32,134 nucleotides of DNA. Source: a virus. Taxonomy: Duplodnaviria > Caudoviricetes. Each line of letters begins with the position of its first letter. Positions within the stretch are counted from its first letter, which is position 1. The stretch is taken from IMG/VR virus record IMGVR_UViG_3300034060_000806, positions 1 to 32,134 of that record, one strand, 5' to 3'. This document shows, one piece after another, positions 18,976 through 28,400 of this stretch. The notes under the pieces were generated by a model. It saw nothing but the letters and a program-made list of their open reading frames with translations. It was not told where the DNA came from and made no database searches. Made by a program: the position numbers and the translations under genes.

Positions 18976-19178
18976 AAACAATCACCGTCGACCTCTCAAA
19001 GACGATCGGACAAGAGTCCGCCATTAAGGCGAACGGCTCGCCGATCTTCGACATTGAGGTGACGCTCCCGGCTGTCAAGGATGAACTGAACCCCATTGCA
19101 GGATTCGGTCGGGTCGTCTCAGCAGGACCGGTCAAAGGTCATGAGGTTCTGTTCACGGCCGATGCGATTGTCCAATAA
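18972..19178 (+). CDS. Hypothetical protein
   Basis: ATGA overlap, GGAGG RBS. Confidence 0.6.
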   Translation: MKTITVDLSKTIGQESAIKANGSPIFDIEVTLPAVKDELNPIAGFGRVVSAGPVKGHEVLFTADAIVQ

Positions 19179-19180
19179 CC

Positions 19181-19244
19181 ACCACACCTAACCCCGGTGT
19201 GGTATTCTTCAGGTGAAGGCAGGGAGCCTTCGGAAAGGCAGCAC
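19181..19244 (+). promoter_or_regulatory. Promoter cassette E
   Basis: CCACACC-TAACCCC-GGTGTGG-TATTCT; hairpin GAAGGC-AGGGA-GCCTTC; GGAAAGG. Confidence 0.85.
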
Positions 19245-19403
19245 ATGACCAAAACCAACAACGCCGAGGCGCTTGCCCGACTGTTCGAAATTTGGAACGT
19301 CGCTGTCGAAGCCGCACTCGCCAACGGATTCAGCAAGAAAGACGCCGCCGAGGCAGTCGGCATTTGGCTTGACCAGCAACTTGACGGAAAGGAATCAGCA
19401 TGA
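19245..19403 (+). CDS. Hypothetical protein
   Basis: ATG after the cassette E SD. Confidence 0.65.
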   Translation: MTKTNNAEALARLFEIWNVAVEAALANGFSKKDAAEAVGIWLDQQLDGKESA

Positions 19404-19657
19404 CCAAGATCCACGAAGGGTTCGAGTGGACCGTCGATATCGACCAGTCCGGAGAACTCAACTACCACGACCAGCCCACCCTCATCCTCTTCATCATCAA
19501 TGAGGAAACCGGTGAACCAATCAATGCGATTGGCGGAATCGACGTTGATTACACCGTCTCCGACCACGGCAACATCCACATCCACCCCGACCATGAGCCC
19601 TACATCGTCGACCTCGCCAACGCCTACATCGAAGATGCACTGGAGGAAGCAGCATGA
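19400..19657 (+). CDS. Hypothetical acidic protein
   Basis: GGAAAGGA RBS, ATGA overlap. Confidence 0.65.
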   Translation: MTKIHEGFEWTVDIDQSGELNYHDQPTLILFIINEETGEPINAIGGIDVDYTVSDHGNIHIHPDHEPYIVDLANAYIEDALEEAA

Positions 19658-19830
19658 CCCACCCACTCGCTAAGCACTGGACGCCCAACGATTCGGTCTG
19701 TGAAATCTGCGGCCAACAATTCGCAGAGAACATTCCCGAAGCCGATATGTGGCATCCCCAGTACGAAGAACACGGATCGCTAGTCGTTCACAAAGCCTGC
19801 GGAGAACAACGAGGAATGGAGTACTCATGA
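19654..19830 (+). CDS. Small Cys/His protein (58 aa, absent from the ORF track)
   Basis: MTHPLAKHW..CEICG..HKACG; GGAGG RBS; ATGA overlaps at both ends. Confidence 0.6.
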   Translation: MTHPLAKHWTPNDSVCEICGQQFAENIPEADMWHPQYEEHGSLVVHKACGEQRGMEYS

Positions 19831-20072
19831 GCATCAACTACCCAATTGACGTCACGATCGACGGTCTCTGCGACCTAATTGAAATGGCTGAAGGCGAAGT
19901 CTCTAAACCGGTCGGAGAACATTCTCTGCCAACAATCGGAGAAGAGTTTATCTGCATCACGCCAGCACAAGCCGATGCGATTCTCACCCAAGTCTCAAAC
20001 CTCCAAGAAGAAATCCTTGACCTCATGGAAATCATCAACCCGCTTGACCCCGACGAGGAAGGCGAATCATGA
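19827..20072 (+). CDS. Hypothetical acidic protein
   Basis: ATGA overlap, GGAG RBS. Confidence 0.6.
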   Translation: MSINYPIDVTIDGLCDLIEMAEGEVSKPVGEHSLPTIGEEFICITPAQADAILTQVSNLQEEILDLMEIINPLDPDEEGES

Positions 20073-20323
20073 ACGCACCACACGAATTTTTTGAACCTTT
20101 GACCTCCGAAGAAATTATCGATGCCATTGACCTCACCTATGAGGTTTTTGCCGACCCGATCCTCCGAGATTCGCTGCTCATGACGGCAGGGGACTACCAA
20201 CCTCACGTTCGAGACCGCATTACAGCCCTGTACCACGAAGCCGCCACAACCCTCGCCGTCCTAACCGCCGCCCTAGAAATCGCCGCCAAGACTCAAACCG
20301 TCTCGGCTGATGCGATTGCCTAG
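20069..20323 (+). CDS. Hypothetical protein
   Basis: ATGA overlap. Confidence 0.6.
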   Translation: MNAPHEFFEPLTSEEIIDAIDLTYEVFADPILRDSLLMTAGDYQPHVRDRITALYHEAATTLAVLTAALEIAAKTQTVSADAIA

Positions 20324-20355
20324 ACGCTTCCATCTCACCCCTGTAGAGTCGACCC

Positions 20356-20505
20356 ATGGCTATCGAACCGAAGAACGTCCCGTCTTACATCGCTGAAGAC
20401 GAGGATCTTGAAGGTATCCCCGACCCAAACCTCACCGGATCTCTTCGAGGCACCCTCGTTGACCATCACGGGCAACCGCTGGAGGTTCCTGATGGCGACC
20501 GCTGA
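20356..20505 (+). CDS. Small acidic ORF (49 aa), probably leaderless
   Basis: TAGACG-17-TAGAGT, then ATG 6 nt later; MAIEPKNVPSYIAEDEDL. Confidence 0.45.
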   Translation: MAIEPKNVPSYIAEDEDLEGIPDPNLTGSLRGTLVDHHGQPLEVPDGDR

Positions 20506-21247
20506 ACAGGTACTTGACCTTTCCCGGTCTCAACTCGGCAACGGACCCAAGAAATACACAGACTGGTACCCCTCAGGAAATGTGGCTTGGTGCTGCATCT
20601 ACCAAAGTTGGGTTCTGTCGGAATGTGGACTCCCAACTCATTACGCTTGGGTCTCGGCCCTATTCGATGCGATGAGAGCCGACGGCAGGAACACTTACGA
20701 CATTCGATCCGCAATGCCCGGTGACCTAATCGCCTTCGAGTGGGGATCCACGGCCGGTGGCTACGACCACATCGCCATGGTGGAATCCGTAGACGGCAAC
20801 GGGGTCACCGCAATCAATGGCAACTGGGGCAACAAAGTCACCCGTGCATGGCACTCGTTTAACGGCGGCGGCATCGCCGAAATCGCCCGACCTGCATACT
20901 CAAACACCCCGAGCCCCGGACCCACACCAACCCCGGGCCCCATCAATGCGAAGGAAAAATCCATGTTTCATCTCAAAAACACCGACGGTCGCGACGAATA
21001 CATCGCCCTCACCGACGGCGGACAAGTTGTGTCCTGTTGGTCGGTAACCCCGAACGGCAAGATCGGCCCTTGGGTCGAACTGAAGCCCGGTATCGCCGGA
21101 TCAAACCTTGTTGCTGAATACGCCCCCGACGGCCGTCTCTGCGTAACCCTCGCCGCCACTGGCGAACTGTGGGGGTCATGGCAGGCAGCACCATCACAGG
21201 GCCCATGGTGTGACTGGTTCCGAGTCAACGACCTTCGGGGCCTCTGA
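20492..21247 (+). CDS. CHAP-domain peptidoglycan hydrolase (endolysin candidate)
   Basis: GGAGG RBS; AWCCIYQSW (Cys), PGDLIAF, DHIAMVE (His), INGN; Pro/Thr linker; Trp-rich C-terminal domain. Confidence 0.85.
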   Translation: MATAEQVLDLSRSQLGNGPKKYTDWYPSGNVAWCCIYQSWVLSECGLPTHYAWVSALFDAMRADGRNTYDIRSAMPGDLIAFEWGSTAGGYDHIAMVESVDGNGVTAINGNWGNKVTRAWHSFNGGGIAEIARPAYSNTPSPGPTPTPGPINAKEKSMFHLKNTDGRDEYIALTDGGQVVSCWSVTPNGKIGPWVELKPGIAGSNLVAEYAPDGRLCVTLAATGELWGSWQAAPSQGPWCDWFRVNDLRGL

Positions 21248-21254
21248 TAACACC

Positions 21255-21476
21255 ATGTCTGAAACCTCCGACCCTGATGCGATCAACCAAGACGCCCGAA
21301 TTGAACTCGGTGGCGTCCACATCGTTCGCATCTTGGAACCGGACGGCACCATGTCCCTAGAAATCAGCACCGACGACGAAGTCGACCCGTGGACTGCCAT
21401 CGGCATGATCCGAGTCGCTTTGCAATGGGAACTGGACGCTTATCCATTCCCCGATATCAACGACGACAACTTCTGA
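21255..21476 (+). CDS. Hypothetical acidic protein
   Basis: ATG 7 nt after the lysin stop. Confidence 0.55.
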   Translation: MSETSDPDAINQDARIELGGVHIVRILEPDGTMSLEISTDDEVDPWTAIGMIRVALQWELDAYPFPDINDDNF

Positions 21477-21584
21477 TGATCGAATGGTTCGGCTTTGCAG
21501 CGTTCTGTGCAGTGCTGGCCCTTTGGTGGATCATCGGCGGAATCGACGATTAAGTCTTCAACTACCACCCCCAAGGAGAAACAA

Positions 21585-21974
21585 ATGAAGAACCGCAAGA
21601 TCCTCGGCGCTTTGTGTGCCGTTGTAGTCATGGCAGTGCCCCTCATCGGATGCGAATCATCCGAAACGACGGGAACAACTGCTCCTGAAAAAGTAACAAC
21701 GACGACAGCCAAGAAAGCCTCGGCCATTGACGTTTACGTTGCTTCAATGAAGGTCAAGTACCCGAACTCCAGTGACGCTCAACTCATTGACCTCGGCAAG
21801 ACCTCTTGTGAAGTAATCGATGCGTTTGGCTCTGTCGCTGACGCCATCTTTGCTATTGCTGAAGATCCGACTTGGGATCGAGAGATGGCCCGCAACGCCG
21901 GGTACACGTTCGGAGCGGCAGTACCAGTGTTCTGTCCCGAGTACACGGCTGAGATGAAGGCGCTTGTGGACTGA
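21585..21974 (+). CDS. Lipoprotein (DUF732-like)
   Basis: AAGGAG RBS; signal peptide with lipobox LIGC; LIDLGKTSC and AAVPVFCPEY. Confidence 0.7.
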   Translation: MKNRKILGALCAVVVMAVPLIGCESSETTGTTAPEKVTTTTAKKASAIDVYVASMKVKYPNSSDAQLIDLGKTSCEVIDAFGSVADAIFAIAEDPTWDREMARNAGYTFGAAVPVFCPEYTAEMKALVD

Positions 21975-22345
21975 TGTCTCAGGATCTTGTTCGGCGGCTT
22001 CGTGCATGGGCTGAAATCAATGGTGACGAACTGTTCACTGAAGCCGCCGACGAGATTGAGTGGATGCGTTCGAAGAGTGACGCTGCTGCTCTCCTAAAAG
22101 TCAATCGGACACTTGCCGAACGCAACTCCGAGATCCTGAAGTTGAAAGACGAGATCCGGGGCTTGCAGGAAACTGTTGACGGACTCGTAAAAACCATTGA
22201 CGCGATTGTCCCCGAAGAGGGAATGGTTGATGTCACGCTCGCACGCGAGACCGTTGAGAAAATGATTGGCCCTTGGTACCTCGTAAAGAAACCGATGGCC
22301 GACGAATTCCGAAAGGCTTGTAAGGACGCTTTATGCCTGAGTTGA
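21974..22345 (+). CDS. Hypothetical coiled-coil protein
   Basis: TGATG overlap; DLVRRLR..EAADEIE motif common in phages. Confidence 0.6.
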   Translation: MSQDLVRRLRAWAEINGDELFTEAADEIEWMRSKSDAAALLKVNRTLAERNSEILKLKDEIRGLQETVDGLVKTIDAIVPEEGMVDVTLARETVEKMIGPWYLVKKPMADEFRKACKDALCLS

Positions 22346-22977
22346 ACGCCAGTATCCCGCCCATTGAATGCTTTGTTCGAGGCAACTTCCTGCGACAGCA
22401 ACAAGACAGTCACGAAAAAAAGTTCCCAGTAGTCATTTTCGGTGTCGCCTCAGTGCAGCATCGGAGCCCGCTGTTTCACTTCCTGATGGAAGACGGAGCG
22501 ATTTGGTGGAGGATGCCGATTTCAGCGTTCTGCTGGAAAGAAGACTCCCCTGAAATTGATTTGCACGACCTCGTTCTTTGGAACTCTTTCTCACCGTATG
22601 TCTCAGTTACGCAATTCGCTCATATGCGAAACATGAGGATGACGTACAGAGACAGAACTGGCAAAGAAATCAGCGGCAAATACCTGATGACCCTTGACTG
22701 GCATTCCGCCGACTCAAACACCTTGGATATCGGCTATTCAGAGAACCCCGGCCAACACAAGTGTGGACACGTCATTGAACGAGACGACGGCAACTATGCG
22801 ATTCAACCAAACAACCGATGCCGTATGTTCGAGCCTTCCTTCACCGTAAAGATGGGCCAAAACGTCATAGACAGGCTGATTAACTTTGACTTGTGGGACG
22901 TCGAAGACGCTGCCAAGTCGATCACCGAAGACTCCGATGCGTATGAATACGGGCTCAGCAGCGAAGAAAAGAAATGA
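22333..22977 (+). CDS. Conserved phage protein of unknown function
   Basis: 214-aa ORF with LNASIP, RMPISAF, HKCGH and QPNNR motifs. Confidence 0.65.
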   Translation: MPELNASIPPIECFVRGNFLRQQQDSHEKKFPVVIFGVASVQHRSPLFHFLMEDGAIWWRMPISAFCWKEDSPEIDLHDLVLWNSFSPYVSVTQFAHMRNMRMTYRDRTGKEISGKYLMTLDWHSADSNTLDIGYSENPGQHKCGHVIERDDGNYAIQPNNRCRMFEPSFTVKMGQNVIDRLINFDLWDVEDAAKSITEDSDAYEYGLSSEEKK

Positions 22978-23234
22978 ACGCTGAACACCTTTGGACGTGG
23001 ATCCTCTTCGCGTTCGAGATCGTCGGCGTCACTGGCACTTGGATTGTTGGGCAACGTCGCCTGTGGTGGGGATGGCTCATCATCCTGATTCATTCAATCC
23101 CTTGGGTCGTGTACAGCATCGTGTACAACAAGCCCGGGTTTATCGCTATGGCTGTTATGTGGTGGTCGGTGAATTTGGCGAATGCGATTAAGTGGCGCTC
23201 CGAAAAGAAATCCCTAACTGGGGTTGCGGACTAA
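22974..23234 (+). CDS. Small Trp-rich membrane protein (about 3 TM, PnuC-like)
   Basis: Three hydrophobic segments; ATGA overlap. Confidence 0.6.
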   Translation: MNAEHLWTWILFAFEIVGVTGTWIVGQRRLWWGWLIILIHSIPWVVYSIVYNKPGFIAMAVMWWSVNLANAIKWRSEKKSLTGVAD

Positions 23235-23290
23235 CCGCAGTTGCACTAGGTTGGCAGACAGCCGGTAAGGGACCGGCACGAAAGGAAACA
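23213..23290 (+). promoter_or_regulatory. Promoter cassette F with two operator-like boxes
   Basis: TAACTGGGGTTG and TAACCGCAGTTG; TTGCGG-17-TAGGTT; hairpin GCCGGT-AAGGG-ACCGGC; GAAAGG. Confidence 0.75.
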
Positions 23291-24436
23291 ATGACCATTG
23301 AAACCACGACTCGCAACGCCGATCTCTCAGGGCTCGTCGACTTGCTGAAAACACAACAGGACGTCAAGTACGACGTCGTCGCCCCAGCCTCAGCACTCGA
23401 ATATCAAAACGGACTGCTCGTCGTCAAAGACGGCTCTGCCGTAATGGACAGCGAAGGGGTCTCACTCACCGATGCGTTTCTCTCCCCCACCGAAATCTTT
23501 GAAGAGGGAGTCTCCCAACGCCTCGGAATCCCACGCGGCTATGTCACCCGCATGAGAAACGAACACACCGAACTCCTTGATGCGAATGTCAACGGATGGC
23601 TGCAACAGGAACCCAACCGAAAGTTCCTTGTCCGAGGATTCAAATCTGACGACCCGTCAGAAACCGGAATTGCCCGGGCCCTCCTGTCCGACCGCTTCAA
23701 AGTCATCGACAACGTCGACATCCTCTTCGCAGCCCTTGACGGAATCCGCTTCTCAGGAGCCAACGTCGAAATCGCTGGAGCCGACCTGTCCGAACGTCGC
23801 ATGACAGTAAAGGTCTCAGCCCCCGAAATTGCTGCACTGGCCCCCGAACTGCTCGGCAACTACCGGTCACCGTTCTCAGGGCAATCAGGATCAGACGTTC
23901 CCGTCGTCTTCGCCGGACTCGTCATCTCAAACAGCGAAACCGGTGGCGGAGCGTTCACCATCACTCCCCGAGTCGTCTTTCAGGTCTGCTCAAACGGACT
24001 CACCGTCAAGAAAGACGCCATGCGACAGATCCACATCGGTGGAAAGTTGGATGAGGGTGTCATCAAGTGGAGTGACGAAACTCAGCAACGCACCTTGGAA
24101 CTCGTAAAGGCTAAGACGGCCGATGCGGTTCGCACATTCTTGGACGTCGACTATGTCCGCATGGTCATCGCCGGAATCGAAGAGGCAGCAGCAGTCAAGG
24201 TGACCTCCCCAGTAAAAGCAGTGGACAACATCGCCAAGGGATTCGGATTCAACGACTCGGAGAAAGATCAGATCATGACCTTCTTCATTCAGTCAGGGGA
24301 TGCGACTGCCGGTGGAGTCATGAACGCTGTCACTGCAACTGCTCAGGTGCTTACCGACCCGGATCGTGCAAACGAACTCGAAGACGTTGCACTGGATGTT
24401 CTGACTGCCACGGCACAGTTCGCTGCTAAGGTCTGA
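23291..24436 (+). CDS. DUF932-like protein
   Basis: RALLSDRFKVIDN, GLVISNSETGGGA and VCSNG motifs. Confidence 0.7.
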   Translation: MTIETTTRNADLSGLVDLLKTQQDVKYDVVAPASALEYQNGLLVVKDGSAVMDSEGVSLTDAFLSPTEIFEEGVSQRLGIPRGYVTRMRNEHTELLDANVNGWLQQEPNRKFLVRGFKSDDPSETGIARALLSDRFKVIDNVDILFAALDGIRFSGANVEIAGADLSERRMTVKVSAPEIAALAPELLGNYRSPFSGQSGSDVPVVFAGLVISNSETGGGAFTITPRVVFQVCSNGLTVKKDAMRQIHIGGKLDEGVIKWSDETQQRTLELVKAKTADAVRTFLDVDYVRMVIAGIEEAAAVKVTSPVKAVDNIAKGFGFNDSEKDQIMTFFIQSGDATAGGVMNAVTATAQVLTDPDRANELEDVALDVLTATAQFAAKV

Positions 24437-24551
24437 ACCCGTGGAGCGTCAGGGGATCCCCCATCTGCCCTGACGACTTCGACGGTCCAAGCGCAGGCCG
24501 TCTCAGTTTGCACGGGTTACTCCTTTCCCCTGAACTGAACCATATGCGTTA

Positions 24552-24592
24552 GAAGGCCCTCGGGAACCGCCTCCCGGGGGCCTTCGCTATTT
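24552..24592 (+). terminator. Intrinsic terminator-like hairpin
   Basis: 14-bp stem GAAGGCCCTCGGGA / TCCCGGGGGCCTTC followed by GCTATTT. Confidence 0.65.
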
Positions 24593-24617
24593 GCTGTTGG
24601 TGTTGTATCTTCCGTGC

Positions 24618-25484
24618 ATGACTGATTTCCATGCAGAACTTGTGGCCGATCTCAATGCGATTGGTGTTGAGGTTGAAAAGGCGAAGATGTCTCGCTCCGA
24701 GGCCGGTCGTGTAGCGGCGAACGCCCGTTGGGGAAACAAGGGTGGCGCTCCAAAGATGGTTGACTGGCGTTCGGCAGCAGGGATCTCTGCCGCTGAGCAA
24801 AAGTCCAATGCCCGCTCGAAGTCGGCGATGCAAGGCGCACGCACTCGGGCTCAGAACAAAGAAGCAAACACCCGCACCCCGGGGAGCATCCAAGCCGAAA
24901 TGGAACGCGCTGGCGTCCCCAAGAAAACGATTGATGCGATCACCAAAAACCCTCTCGGTTCTGCCTCAGCGAAAGCAACGGCGGCTCACATCAAACGAGT
25001 AAAAGACGTCAACGGTCTGTCTTCGAAGCAAAAGGCCAAGTACAACGAAAAAATGGATATGGCGACGCCCGGGATGAGCCCGGACATGAAGCATCAAGAC
25101 GCCATTACATACGCTTTAGATGCAAAGGCGGCTAGACCACGCGCTACTGCTGCCCGTGCCGCAGCATCCGCACGATTCAAAACAGTCGCCTCTCAAACTT
25201 CAGGCAAAAAAGTATTTACTTCTTCAACAGTTCCCAACCCGGGCATGAGGGCACCAGTATCCGCCCACAAAGAGGCTATTGCCGCGGCTGAATATCATTT
25301 AGAGAACTCGAAGTTAACTGGCGCTCAAACAAAGAAACTCAACAACACTGTCAGACGTTCAAAGGATGCGATTGATCGGCTTGAACGTCCCGAATACAAC
25401 GCCTTAAAAGACCGTGCATTAAGAGATATGCCAAGCCGAAACAACGGAGGAAGTCGTGGCACGGGATACCTTGTCGGAAGATGA
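24618..25484 (+). CDS. Basic Ala/Lys-rich protein sharing its leader and AANARWGN tag with the giant protein
   Basis: TATCTT lies 6 nt before the ATG (leaderless-type); MTDFHAELVADLNAIGVEVEKAKMSRSEAGRVAANARWGNKG. Confidence 0.7.
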   Translation: MTDFHAELVADLNAIGVEVEKAKMSRSEAGRVAANARWGNKGGAPKMVDWRSAAGISAAEQKSNARSKSAMQGARTRAQNKEANTRTPGSIQAEMERAGVPKKTIDAITKNPLGSASAKATAAHIKRVKDVNGLSSKQKAKYNEKMDMATPGMSPDMKHQDAITYALDAKAARPRATAARAAASARFKTVASQTSGKKVFTSSTVPNPGMRAPVSAHKEAIAAAEYHLENSKLTGAQTKKLNNTVRRSKDAIDRLERPEYNALKDRALRDMPSRNNGGSRGTGYLVGR

Positions 25485-25497
25485 GGTCACGGAGCCA

Positions 25498-28400
25498 ATG
25501 GCTAAAATTTTTCACGAACGGTTGATCGCTGACCTTGAAGCCATGGGTTATGCGATTGGCCCTGTCACTAAAGCCGACACTTACACACCCCCCGAGGGTG
25601 TGCAGTCTGCTGCCCGACGGGCCCTGAAACTCATTGCTGACGGTCACGCTGGTGACGGTTTTACTGATGTCGGCCGTAAACGTGCCTCAGACCTTGCTGC
25701 TGGCCGTTCAGTGAGCCTCAATACGGTGAAACGTATGCACTCCTATTTCGCCCGTCATGCCGTCGATAAGCAAGGCAAAGACTGGGACAACGCTGAGAAA
25801 CCATCGCCGGGGAAGGTTGCTTGGCTCGCTTGGGGTGGCGATGCCGGTAAGTCTTGGGCTGATGCGATTGTCGATCGTGACAACGTGACTAAGGCGTACA
25901 AACGGAAATATGCCACTCGCGAAGAGGCTGCACGCGCCGCCGCCAACGCAAGGTGGGGCAATCGAACGCCTGATGTACCTGAGGTCAAAGAAAAGCCGAC
26001 CAAAAAAGTCGATCCCGTCAAAGAGGCTTACCGTGCTTTCCAAGCGGAAGCCAAAAAGAAAAAGAACCTTGAAAAGACTTTGGAACTCGAAAAGGTTTGG
26101 CTGAATGCTGTCCGTGATAATGCTCCACCTAAGGGTGACTGGCGTGAATGCGATTCAATCAAAGAAGCAAAAGCACAGTTCTACGGTCAAGGTTGGATGA
26201 CCGAAGTTCATTTCGGGAAATTGTCTGTTCCGATGGTCAACGAAGTTTGCAAGACATGGAACGAACTCGGAACGAAATATCCGGAAGTTGCTGCTTACGT
26301 TGAAGTCCTTGGTGGGCATAGCGGTTTGCGTGATGCAGGGGAATTGCCGGTAAAAAAGTTTTCTGCCTTAGGCACCGCCTTTTACGGTCCTCGCACGATT
26401 GCCTTAAATGACTCTTATTCGCGTGACCAATACGAAGATTTTGCTCAACGTGCCGCAGCGACGGGGTTTCACCCTCCGAGAACCGGAGCGAAGGGTGACG
26501 GCGTCAGGTCCGTTCTTGTCCATGAGTTTGGGCACATGGTCGGTCGGAAAACGGGTTTGTCACAAACAGAGGCTGCTATCAAAGAAGTGCGTTCAAGTCG
26601 CCCTGCTGGCATTAGAGAAAAAACTGTAAAAGAATTCACCAAAACCAATCTTTCTGAATACGCCACTAGAAATTCTGACGAAGCCTTTGCTGAGGCCTTC
26701 ACCGAATACCACATGAGCCCTAACCCTCGGCCTCTTGCTACCGCAATCGTTGAACGCTCATTTGATGCGATTGGTAAGACCGAGTGGAAACGAGACACTG
26801 TCGCCAAGGCGTACAAACGGAAGTACGCAACTCGGGAGGAAGCGGCTCGGGCGGCCGCTAATGCTCGCTGGGGTAACCGGACGCCGAAGGTTGATGCTCC
26901 AGCCGAACCCGCCGGACCGGTAATCGAGCCGTGGGTCGATCAAAAATCCGCTGCCGCTGTCGACAGGGAATTCAATCGACGTTGGGGCAATCGCACATTG
27001 ATGCGTTTGACTGGCCTTTCACCCGAAGCCGCTAACGGCTCTGCCGAGGCAATCAACGAATTACTGACCCTGTATCCGGACACGACGTTGCATTTGGTTG
27101 GCACTCAAACCGGTATTTCACAGATGATTAAATCAGGTACCTATCCGCCCGGAACTCCTGAGAGTGTCAAGTCCCTTGCATCTCGGGGCCGTTACCCGAA
27201 AATGAATTTAAGTGAGGGTGGCGATTACTCCCCCCAGTTGCAATTCATTCGAATCAATAAGAACAATCACTCGTCCGATGGTTACGGAAGTGTTTCGACG
27301 CGACTCTCCGAGGAAACAGGTTGGTATACGCCAACTGGTTTTCCAGTTGGCGCAGGTCAACCTGAAGGCATTCGTCACGCAGCAAAACGATCGATGGTTC
27401 ATGAGTTCGGCCACGCGATTGACTTACACCCAAAAAGGAATTCTCTTCCAAGTGATTTCAGCAATTCAAACAATCCAATTACTAAAGCAACCCGAGAAAT
27501 CACTGGCGCTCCGGCAAGTTCCGCTGCGGCAAACAAAGCGGTTATCGAAACCAATATTGGAACCTACGCCGCCACCAATGCAAAAGAATTGTTTGCTGAG
27601 ACTTTCACCGAATACCACATGAACCCTGCGGCCCGTCCGTTGTCTGTTGATTTCGTGAAGTTTCGGATGGGTGAAATTGGGGTGCCTCTTGCTGCTCCGT
27701 CAACGCTTGGCACGATTGCTAAGGCTTACAAGCGGAAATATGGATCTCGGGCCGAGGCTGCCCGGGCCGCAGCGAACGCTCGCTGGGGAAACAAGGGCTC
27801 TGCAACACAGGAAACTTCCGCAGCCGATGATGCGGTTTACAATCCGTCACCCAAAGAGATGTTGGCCGGAAAAACTGCAAGCGGAAGAAAACTTAGAAAC
27901 ACGTTTTCCCAAACGCCGGTCAACGGTTACAACATAGAAACCGATCCTCGACCTTTCGGTTCAGCACCGGAACATTTGAAACGTGGCGCTCTTCTACTTC
28001 AAGGCACCGGACAGGCTTTATGGCAGGTCACTTCCGTCAAGGGAGACGTCTTGCGCTCAAAGCCGGTTTACGACAAATACGGACGCAAGATTTACAAGCC
28101 CGGGACTTCACAGTCATTGCTTCGTCAGTATTGGGATAATGTCACGGCCGTGAAAGGAAACGCTGCCGATCTTCCCGATCAAGACGATGCGATCGCTAAG
28201 GCGTACAAGCGGAAGTACGCGACTCGTGCTGAGGCTGCACGCGCGGCCGCGAATGCACGTTGGGGAAACAAAGGCTCAACTTCTACTGCTGCTCCTGCCG
28301 AGCCCAAGCCACAAATTACTAAAGAGACCGACAAGGTTCTCCGCCAGTTTGCCCAAGCCGGATATGCCGCACAAACCGGTATGGGCATGAGGCAACAAAA

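Noticed and set aside
28188-28196. HIP1 (GCGATCGC) as the explanation of the recurrent motif
   Set aside because: Only one copy noticed; the enriched motif is asymmetric and strand-biased
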